Below are positions 55,101 through 64,000 of a stretch of DNA of 64,000 bases, piece after piece; position 1 is the first letter of the stretch; every line of letters begins with the position of its first letter. Under the pieces are notes generated by a model. That model saw only the letters and a list, made by a program, of their open reading frames with translations, made no database searches and had not been told where the DNA came from. Position numbers and translations under genes: made by a program. Source of the stretch: Phoronis australis (taxonomy: Eukaryota > Animalia > Phoronida); contig NMRA01000019.1 in NCBI GenBank assembly GCA_002633005.1, forward strand, positions 49,555 to 113,554. The letters are read 5' to 3'.

Positions 55101-57046
55101 TGCCGAAGAAACTAAATGGGTTATTTAATCGTACTGGTACTGCTGACGTGATTTAATGGACACAGTTTGCATAAACCTAACACGAACTGAAAGATTCAAA
55201 TACTACTGCTCGAGTGCGGGAAGTGTCACGTCTACTTTGGTGTATCGGATTTTTGAAACAGACGACGTGAGAGGAATTCTTCAGTGATCCTTTGGTCAGA
55301 TTGGCCACTGAGCATAATCCATATCTATCATACCAACCGCATTCGCGTTTTTCCTTTTCAATGTTTTATGTGGAACACGAAGGTTTCCATGGCTTAGCCC
55401 CAGTGGTGACTGAGATATAGTTCAAAACGTTCAGTCCGTTACCATGAAAACTGTAACTTGCACCTTCAGCTGAGTACTGGGTATGACGGAGGTCTACACA
55501 TAAGTTTCATCCATTCAGGGTATTTTCAATTCATTGATCATTTTAATTCGAATCATGCTATTTTCGACTTAAACAATTTGATCAACCTTTAGTCAAGTGC
55601 TATAAACATTAATGTTCCTTGGTTTTTACCAAAACGTTCAATGCTCCTGTATCCGGATATAGTCGCAGTTTTACATACAGGCGCTTGGGCTTAGATAGGC
55701 GCATTTACAGTAGTGCATTTGCAGTGTATCAACATTTATCTTGTTCACGTGTTCATGACATTTTTACATTTCTTTGGCAGGAGTAATCCCACTACTAATG
55801 ATCAAGGCGAAAAGAGAGAAAGCATTGGAGGTATGTAACCCAGTCAAAAGTACATTGTTACTGTTATTCTCAACAGCATGCGCGTACCAAGGGGGGGGGG
55901 GGAGGCTCGGGGGGCTCGAACGAGCCCCCCAGTTGGAGCCCCCCATTTGGCGAACTGGGCAAAACGGTCCGCCTCAGAGAAACAAAACTGAAAAGGCACA
56001 GACGCAGAGTGTAGGTGGTACCCCGTTTTTATTTTTTCCTCTCGCTTTTTTGTCCAGGTCCACATCGCCAGAAATTCGCGCCCCCCTATTAAAGGCTGGG
56101 TGGGCGCATGAACAGTGGTCCATATTATACGTCTAACACCGTCATGTTAGTTGATTTCGGTATCATTCATGGTACAGCAGGCATCGATCACCACTTCTAT
56201 TGCTGAGGCCAGTGGGTATAACAAGAATATGATGTACAAATCTACCAAATTATCATGAATAGATCAAAATCTGTGCGACCCACCGCAGAGAGGGACAGAC
56301 TAATATTTTTGAGTTGTACACCCTTGTCCACACAGTCAACATGGAGTCTCTAGATATCTACAATAGAATTTGCGTTCAAGAGTGTTTTTCTAATCATCGT
56401 TACGTTCTTTTTAGAACAGACTTCCTAACTCAACTTCGTTTTGCAATTGGATGAGATTTTCTTTGAAACATCGTATAATAATTGGAATTTTCCTTCATTC
56501 CAAGAAGCGTCCGGGCTCAGGAGCACACCGTGTCGCATTCTACGAAACAATTTGAAATGGATTCATTCAATCTCTCAGCGCCGATCGTTGCCTTTGTTCG
56601 TTTCAGTTCCTGTCTTAGCCGGAAGTATCGGTGCGGGTGTTGGTATTCTCTTAGTACTGGTTCTTACAGTCGCCTACGTCATCTGCAGGTAACAAAGACC
56701 ACAACGCTTCTGGAGTGGCGTGTAATTTAATTGTCTGCCAGTTTTCTAGTCCCCATTATCATTAGTTGTTTCATAATTAGACTGATAATTTTCACATGGA
56801 AATTTTGCTCTAATGGCATCTTTGAAATTATTTTAGAGAAGTTTTAACTCATTTGTTTCCGTTGTGTGCAGGCGGAGACACCATTCAGGAGAAGACGGGA
56901 CTACGCTCAGTGTCAACCCAGTCTACGAAAGAGCGTCACCGACGTTTACTTCAACAGATCCATTTCAAAGTTACATTGTAGTCAATTCACCAAGTTCTGA
57001 GCAAAAAAATAAATTCCCAGTTGGACAAAAATATAATTGGCAATAA
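49028..57046 (+). CDS. Receptor B: single-pass membrane protein, signal peptide - SUEL/Gal-lectin-like - CUB-like - mucin stalk - TM - tyrosine-motif tail
   Basis: Phase-consistent GT-AG exons: 49028-49151 (signal peptide), 50466-50771 (CSGERECVV..NILVVFYTC), 52175-52534 (GTIKSRRYP..NTSC..GRFALLF), 52845-52941, 53249-53374, 53929-54570, 54835-54945, 55781-55830, 56607-56688 (TM), 56872-57046 (NPVY tail). Domain names are assigned by eye from motif pattern. Confidence 0.8.
49678..49767 (+). mobile_element. CATGCGCGCACCCA-TIR MITE, copy 3, internally deleted (TSD CGAAG)
   Basis: 90 bp; cgaag on both sides. Confidence 0.78.
50221..50390. repeat. Polypyrimidine (CCCT/CGCT) simple repeat upstream of receptor B exon 2
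   Basis: Directly visible; contains one N. Confidence 0.85.
50466..50771 (+). CDS. Receptor B exon 2, divergent SUEL/rhamnose-binding-lectin-like domain
   Basis: 306-bp phase 1-1 exon, six Cys, ends LVVFYTC like the SUEL C-terminus YLxVxYxC. Confidence 0.75.
51291..51470 (-). mobile_element. Penelope-like 3' remnant with degenerate hammerhead motif (in receptor B intron 2)
   Basis: Minus strand LQIQKSLLI*..NKLIPSL..LNGN (GIY-YIG C-terminus like), then ctgatga-ag..c-gaaac-gtc. Confidence 0.5.
52175..52534 (+). CDS. Receptor B exon 3, CUB-like domain
   Basis: 360-bp phase 1-1 exon with G-x-I-x-S-x-x-Y-P, N-x-x-C and terminal G-x-F-x-L-x-F typical of CUB domains. Confidence 0.78.
53929..54570 (+). 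CDS. Receptor B mucin-like exon, ~5 tandem 120-bp (40-aa) Thr/Ser repeats (SSLTTDDV..RQSTTGNHETS.LTT.TTKQTSEL)
   Basis: Open 642-bp phase 2-2 exon (ttttag acceptor, AG|gtgaac donor) with visible tandem repeat. Confidence 0.85.
55877..56110 (-). mobile_element. CATGCGCGCACCCA-TIR MITE, copy 4, reverse orientation (TSD AACAG)
   Basis: Reverse complement of the copy 1 internal sequence; aacag on both sides. Confidence 0.85.
56607..56688 (+). CDS. Receptor B transmembrane exon (VPVLAGSIGAGVGILLVLVLTVAYVICR)
   Basis: Hydrophobic helix, phase 1-2, followed by basic RRR in the next exon. Confidence 0.85.
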
Positions 57047-57270
57047 GGCAAATGGAAATGGAACAGACAACACACGGTGATAAGGACTTTACTGGTACTG
57101 AAAGACAACTATCAGCCACCTACAAAACACTGGACGATCAGCACCGCAGCGATATGGTTATGAAACGGCAGTTGACGGTTCTTGATACTGTACACAATAC
57201 GTGCACAAAGGAGTGCATAGCTAATGAATCATTCCCGCTTTACAATGAACTCGAGACTGTTGTGAAGTGA
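56872..57270 (+). CDS. Receptor B cytoplasmic exon; stops at 57046, with a probable frameshifted continuation to 57270
   Basis: RRHHSG..NPVYE..QKYNWQ*; the overlapping frame 57037-57270 carries TYKTL and LYNEL motifs. Confidence 0.65.
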
Positions 57271-58220
57271 TTTCCCAAGTAGCGAAATAGCAAATCAGAC
57301 TCTTAACAAGACTGTGTTTGAAATATCCTCGAGTCTTGAAAGTCACCAAGGTGAGACTAAATCAAAACCATTTCGAAAGGAGAGATGCTATGAGCAAGAA
57401 GTGTGGTACAGGAATGATCACGGGAAAAGACGTCAGCTGTAAACCACAACAAAACGTCTGCAGGGCTTTTGGTTAGCATTTGCGCCCAAACATTTGTGGT
57501 TGAGTTGATGACCGGACTAAGTTTTGCTTGGAATACCTTTTAAAGAGATTTGAGTGTTCAGTATCTTCCTGAACTATTTACTTTATGCGACACTAAATTT
57601 TAACGAGTTCATTATATGACGTGATTATGGAAAACAAAGGCAAGGTGTGGCATGTTTGTAAAGTAATTCTTTATGCCTATAAAGAAGATGTGATCAACAT
57701 AGTTTTATTTGGTCATTTGACTCGCATAATACATTCTCATGCCATTCATGTAGTCTTTGTAACATTTGTAACAACAGTCATTTTTCAGCAAACCGCTGAT
57801 AGGAATTTGTTTAAAATTGATCTTAATAAAACAGTTTTAAGAATAATTTTCCTATCTATCTCAGAAGAGGCGCAAAATAAAAATTCTGTTGAAAACGACA
57901 TTTTTAAGTCTTTTGTGCAATGTTCCGTTTTCGCGAGCGTCTCTCGTTTGAGGAAAGGGGGGAGAGGGGGGTAAACTTGTCAAAGCCGGTATGACACAGC
58001 TGGCAGTTCACAATGAGGGAAGGGGGAGGGGTTGGTCAACGTGTCAGTGACATAAGCCAAAGAGGGTGGGAGGGAGTGAACTGTTAATATTCCTAGATCT
58101 CTAATATTTGTGTATACTGGCTTCAAATGTTCGTGTATGCAAATATTGTTGCGCAAAATACTGGCTTTTGCTCGGTCTGCCTTCATGTCATCTCGTAAGC
58201 AAATATTTAATAGTTATGGT

Positions 58221-58376
58221 CAGTGGTTTAGTGGTAAAATTAGAGGTAAGTAGGCGCCCAAAGCCCATCGTATCACCTTGAGCACTAAACGTAACTTACG
58301 GTGCGTAGGCGCTACGTTCGAATGCCAAATGGTGGTTGGCTGCTCCTACGTGCTCCTAAACCCCACTACAGCACTG
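58221..58376 (+). mobile_element. hAT-type MITE (CAGTGCTGTAGTGG TIR, 8-bp TSD GTTATGGT/GTTATAGT)
   Basis: TIRs, 8-bp TSD, close second copy at 63824-63965. Confidence 0.85.
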
Positions 58377-59879
58377 GTTATAGTTAGTCACTGAACACAC
58401 GTCTGCTGTTTGGTGCAGGTGAACATTTGTTCTCGGTTGTCCCCAGTGTCATATTCCATACCGTGATAGGATTCCATTTCCATCACCAACTAACCATTGG
58501 CAATGCCTATCAGCAATTTTTACAGTTGGCCGCCCCAATAAACTCTGAAGCGTTTTTATGCGTAACTGAGTGTTTCGATGTTCTTGATGGAAATGGAAAT
58601 ACATCTATCAGGGTAAGGAATATTATGAGACTGGCGGTTGTGCATCTCTTAAACAGGAGAACGGATCTACTATGAAATTTTCAGGTAGTTTGCTTCTTGC
58701 CTTGTCCTTCAAAACGCAGTTAGGAATGGTTTTTAAAATGTTTCGCTTATGGGTGAAGGGGCATCAAATATAGGATAGTACTTCGTGATTTCCTAAAAAC
58801 GCAAGAGCTGCATAGTACAATATCGAAATGATAATTTTAATTTAGAAAAATTGGTAAAGAGGTCTTGAGATTTCATCTTGAAAAAAATTTTCATCAAAAG
58901 GACTTTGGTCATATTATTTATGACGTTCTTTATTTTTTGCTAAATTTCACTGAAAAGATATGGCCACGTGACCCAATCGATGGCAGTCCTGAATCGAATT
59001 GTACAGCATTTTACTTTCAGAAAATATGTACTTTTCCTCGAGTTAAATTTCACAGATTTGCAGATACTTGGATGAGTGCACAGACTTGTCAGTAAAGCCC
59101 TATGTATTCTTATATAGTGCATGCAACTGAGTATCCATGATTGTTCTGTGCAATATTTTGGATTTTCAGTTAGGGCATATACCAGTGTTCTCCACGATAT
59201 TACCGTTGCCATGAAACAGACCAATAAGCTGCTTGTCAGAAGCCAATTCAGCATGGTTTTCAGGGAATTCTAGATGAGTTATCGGAACAAATTTCTGTTC
59301 AAACAAAGGATAAGAACGCGATGCCGTAAGTTTGTAAGTTTGAACACGTCTCTGTGAAGAAAGTTGTTTTTATAACCACAAGAGAATGGTTTATAGTGGC
59401 GTTAAGCAATGAAATTGTTCTATAAGTCTGTAGAACTGAAGCCAAATAATCAAATCAATTTTTTGACAAGAAATAATTGTCCTCTGACGACCACGTAGCG
59501 CATTTCCCTGTTTGTTCGTGGTAAGTTGCTCTGTGACTGATTGTGGTCTAGCGTCCGTGGTAAGGATTGATTGTGCGTGGTAAAGAGTTGTCATGGTTCG
59601 TGGTGGTGGTTTCACGGGGGGGGGGTAATGGTTCTGATCAGTGGTAATAGTTTGTTTGCCGTTTACCCCTGAAGAGAGAGTCTTTGATGTCGCATCACCG
59701 CACAACAATACTCAGATCTGTTTTGTGCTGTTAATGAAATTCTCAAAATACCCCGTTGCGTTCGTTATATTGGAGTATATCATTTCTGATGACAATAAAT
59801 TGCTGCCTTTGAGTTCAAATTGAAACTAGTTGGCCTACGAATCGTGAGTAGAAAGTTACTGGCCTGCATTCATAGAAGT

Positions 59880-60303
59880 TCACAGTTCAAGGGTACCTAA
59901 TTAGTTTCATGAGTTGTAATAAAGTTTTGTAGTGTACACCTCGTTCATAGACAATTTCCTAGGCCAAGTGCATCATTCAAGTTAAACGTATGACTGGATT
60001 CCTGACAGCGATTGAATAAGGCTGAGTAACAGGTGTCACCCGTAGCTGCCGGTGGGTCGTCCATTTTTGTTGAGACAATTGTTTTGTCTCCGCTGCATGT
60101 ACCTATACAAGTTTCGGAAAACTTAATACGTGGCTTTGCATAGATCACATTACATGTCTTTCTTTAGGTTGTTTGCCCTTAGTTTTTGTGCACATTTGTA
60201 AAGGTGTCAAACGGTTTGAACGATGTACCGATGTGGGAAGTTCTGAACACCGTGCTGTTCGTAATTCTTCAGAAAGTCTCTCTACATACGGAATACTAGG
60301 TAT
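59880..60303 (-). mobile_element. Penelope-like retroelement remnant (RT C-terminal linker plus GIY-YIG endonuclease)
   Basis: Broken frames give SIPYVERLSEELR..TSFKPFDT..KTKGKQPKE..NVIYA..SETCIG..ETKQ..YSALFNRCQESSHTFNLNDA..YERGV, the typical PLE pattern. Confidence 0.8.
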
Positions 60304-61919
60304 CCCCAGTGGCGGATCTAGGATGTGAGGGTGGGGGCCAACATTTTGTCTACTCAGTTGTAGAGGCACGTAGCGCCGAATGGGAGAAGGTCGGGAGGAG
60401 GGTTTCCCCCTCTTCCGCCCTCTGTAAACATATAAGCGTTTTCCTTGATTTCTGAAGTATAATCATCCCTGAAAGAAATTTTTAAGTAAAAAAAATATCA
60501 ATTCTTGTTTTAAATCATTTGAACTGTTTAACCGCGGTACTGCCGCCTGTGATTCAAGAATGGAAAATTCGTAAAATTGCATAAACTCGAACTCACAATC
60601 TATTGGACAGCGCGTGCTTTCTTCCATTGCGCCACCACGCTTCTAACTAAATCACTTTGCTAAGAGACATACTTGTATATGGTCCAAGCGTTCGCGTGCA
60701 AATGTTTACTACAAGCTTTATATTTTGTGGAATCACTTCGTAGCAATAGTTGTTGTGTTAAAAACAGTCTGAAGTTGCTCAAAAATCAAACCCGTTTTTC
60801 GTGTTGGCATTAACCACGCGCTTGCTTTGAAATTCGTTTTAATTTTAATGTATGACAAAGAGAGAATTATGTGTTTCTGAGTGATTCACTAAGGCTTCGA
60901 TTACAATTTTCATCTTCATAGTCACTCAACTTTCGATTTCTTTGAAAAAACAAAATAGTTTTCTTCATTGCACAGTGGAGCCGATGACGGTAACGGAGCG
61001 GTAATGTGCAGCGCCACTGCCGATCGCCTGGGATATCTCATGCATATCGATCGGAAGCGGCATTACTTAGCCAAAGTTACCGTTACGATTGCGCCGGTTG
61101 TCTGACTCGACACTTGAAATCGGATCCGATCCCCCCCATACACGCACGCGCTCACACAAACTAAAACTCCCCACAATATCAAATCTGGTTTCGTTCGTAT
61201 AACGTAAATTACCAGGGTTAAGTAATAAACTACAAGTAAACATTTCCTCACGCTTTTGCTGTTTTATATTTGTGGCTGCCAAAGTCAGCCTATGATAGCC
61301 TACGCGAATTACGTCTAAAAATAAACAAAACACCGATCCCCAGGATGAACGTTGGCTAATTTGGGGGATCCTTCCCTACTGACACGACCAAAAAGTCGCC
61401 CGTTGGTATATACTCTTTTCATGCCAGCCTCTAAACCGATTTGCTGCAGCTCCATTTTGACACCTTCCATTCCGGCTTCCATTCACGGTGTTACGGTATT
61501 TTGTCAAAGACCAATGATACTTTTGGATACTTATGTCAAGCACGCGCAAATTGAATGTTCAGCATTAGTTCAGTTATAGTCGGACGGGCGAGTTCAAAAC
61601 TGGTCGACAATTTACCGCTCTGGCCGTTTTACTTTGGACTTCGGTCTCTGCCTGCCACGGGTATTTGGAATACTCTTACTTATTGCTTGGTCGTCTCGAC
61701 ATGTCAAGTTTTCACGAGTCATGAGATACAACTTGACTGACAACATGTAAGTTTATCTTACTAGGCGAAGTGGTAAACGCAGAGTCCATTTGAAAAGCGA
61801 ACATCTTCTTGAAATTAAAATAGAACAACGAACGCCTAATGAAAATGTGCCAATGGTCATCCCGTTATTAACTGGTTGAGGATTGGACGGACGGTCTGCT
61901 ACGCTGTTTCGTTACTTAA

Positions 61920-63250
61920 AGGCGAAGGCAACCTTTTTCATGTCACTTTTACTTAGTTTTAGCAAAAATAGGTTCGTTGATTATCCCAGACACATTTTTC
62001 ACTTAATTACAGCTTTTTTGATTAATATCTCATCCTCTACTCCGGAAGTGACGTTTTGGGAGGCAAGAGTTTCGCGTCAATTTCTTTTCATTATAGTCGG
62101 ACTGTGAGAGCTGTCGAGTCAGTCATTGCTCTACCTCGGTTGTGATAAGTTCGGTCGTCGTTTAATTTTGTTTACAAGTCAGTCAACATGGCACGCTGTT
62201 GCTGCGTGCTGGGATGTACTCATTATCGTCTCACACCCGCTTTGGGTACCTGCCGTCGCTTTCCGAAGGATGACACACTTCGCCGTACTTGGCTAGCTCG
62301 TTCATGTGAAGAACGCAGAGCTACCCGTCCACGCAACGTACAAAGCAGTGGAGGGTTACCGAGTGGGTGGCAAGCATTTTCTGCCGTCAGATTACGACAG
62401 AGATATGTACGCTGAATTGATGAAGGTCCCTGCGAAACAACGCCTGAAGAAGGGTACCATACCGTCGCTGTTGATTCCCGGCAGTGCCCCGTCGCCAACC
62501 CCGAAAAGTGCGTTTTTGAAGCGAGAAGCCTTGTGAGCTGTGGCCACTATATATAGTGACTGGAGGCACTTCATCTACTGTCACCCTTGCCTCCGAACGT
62601 ACCCCTTTGCGTGCAATTCCGGGAACTAGCAGTGATTCGCCCTGTGTTGTTGTCTCTAGCCCAGAGCCTGTAAGCAGCTCCGCACCGATGTTGAGTAGTG
62701 GGAGTGAATACAGGCCCAGTTCGACACCCAGTGAAGAGGACAGTTCGTCATCCAGTGAACAGATCGGTGAGCCTAAGTTTGATAAGTTTATTGTGGACTT
62801 GCATTGGAACTATTTAGAAGGTGCCAGGTGTGAGGCGAGGGAGTCTAACGGCGGGATGTAAGCAGTTTGGGTGCTCAGATCACCCTCCAGTGGGACAGTG
62901 TCGCGGGACACTCGGGCAAGTGGGACAGTTCTTCCTCTGAACGTGAGACGATGAGTACACCCCAGTACGCAGCAACAGCGTGGCATGTTGACTGACTCGT
63001 TAGCAAAAGCAAACGACGACCGAACATATCACAATTGAGGTAGAACAATGACTGACTCGACTGCTCTCACAGTCAGACTATATGAAAAGAAATTGGCGCG
63101 AAATTCTTGCCTCCCAAAACGTCACTTCCGGAGTAGACGACGGGTAATTAATTAAATTACGAAAAGCAGTAAATAAGTGAAAAATATGTCTGGGATAATC
63201 AACGTACCTTATTTTTGCTAACAATGACATGAAAAAGGTTGCCTTCGCGT
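61920..63250 (+). mobile_element. Decayed non-autonomous Kolobok DNA transposon with THAP-transposase remnant
   Basis: TTAA on both sides (61916-61919, 63251-63254); termini AGGCGAAGG../..CCTTCGCGT; ~310-bp TIRs; internal broken THAP and LELFRRCxx*..GH..WDSS coding sequence. Confidence 0.85.
62188..62938 (+). pseudogene. THAP-domain transposase N-terminal fragment (frameshifts and stops)
   Basis: MARCCCVLGC..FPKD..RRTW, then frameshift, then YRVGGKHFLPSDY..LKKGTIPSL (THAP C2CH, third Cys lost); S/E-rich linker; KFIV..LELFRRCQV*G..LGAQITLQWDSVAGHSGKWDSS. Confidence 0.85.
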
Positions 63251-63823
63251 TTAACTGTATTCGCAAACCCTGGCTTGAGCGATCAAAACCAAAACTGGGT
63301 GGCGTAAAATGTAAAAAAAGACTGGCATTCAAGGATGGCATTGTCTTTTTTTTACTCAGATCTGAGAGTTTAATCAAAACGCATGTTTAGCTAAATAACG
63401 AGGGAAATTCCATTTATAATCAACATATGTCCATAGCAAATTTACGTGCGTCACAGGCCCGTTACCAGAGATAAAAAGGAAACTCCAAGGTTGGCGAAAG
63501 TACAAGGAATACGATAATAAATACATTGAAATAAGTAAAAAATAATGATTTCTGGTAGGATGGTAAGATGGGCAATGACAATCGCCGCAACAGATGCATG
63601 ACAGCCCATGCACGTCTGCAGAGACGCACAAAATAAGAGCCAGCGGATTGGCTCGAAACTGAAATATTGTGCATGGCTACTTCACAGTATGTTGCCGGAT
63701 GACCAACCCTAACTCTGGGTGCCAAACCCGGAGGGTGAACAACGTGTGTCCATGTCCAGGTACAGCTGCCGAGTGTTCTATCACCCAGGGGCGGATCCAG
63801 GATTTTGAGTTCGGGGGGACAGG

Positions 63824-63965
63824 CAGTGCTGTAGTGGTAAAATTAGAGGTAAGTAGGCGCCCAAAGCCGTATCACCTTGAGCACTGAACGTGACTTACGG
63901 TGTGTAGGCGTTACTTTCGAATACCAAAAAGTGGTTGGCTGCGCCTACGCCCCACTACAGCACTG
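63824..63965 (+). mobile_element. hAT-type MITE (perfect 14-bp TIR, 8-bp TSD GGGACAGG), nested in another CAGGGGCGGATCCAGG MITE starting at 63786
   Basis: cagtgctgtagtgg..ccactacagcactg; gggacagg on both sides. Confidence 0.88.
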
Positions 63966-64000
63966 GGGACAGGGCAGAGTAAATAGCCACGATTTTGCCC

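Noticed and set aside
58419-58611. Exon-like open stretch with AG/GT ends
   Set aside because: No recognisable domain or partner exons; lies among repeats.

Overview
AT-rich, intron-rich animal (invertebrate-like) genomic DNA from a draft assembly with N-gaps; not prokaryotic, and no CRISPR, rRNA or true tRNA genes were seen. Left half: the first ten coding exons of a DNAAF9/C20orf194 orthologue on the minus strand (ATG 35382, last exon found 22366-22447). A single-coding-exon, divergent rhodopsin-class GPCR (18579-19607, + strand) lies antisense, apparently inside one of its introns. Right half: two tandem + strand single-pass receptor genes. Copy B (49028-57270) encodes signal peptide, SUEL/Gal-lectin-like domain, CUB-like domain, Thr/Ser mucin stalk, TM helix and a tail with a frameshift. 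Copy A (~36-45.5 kb) has a decayed ectodomain but an intact TM exon and a 211-codon tail with seven YxxL/I/V motifs, which the ORF track misses. Mobile DNA includes a decayed Kolobok THAP transposon with TTAA TSD and ~310-bp TIRs, several MITE families (5-bp, 8-bp and TA TSDs), a tRNA-derived SINE, and Penelope-like remnants, one with a fossil hammerhead motif. Two gap-flanking duplications are probably assembly artefacts. Gene models were built by hand from splice signals, phase and remembered homology; no searches were run.
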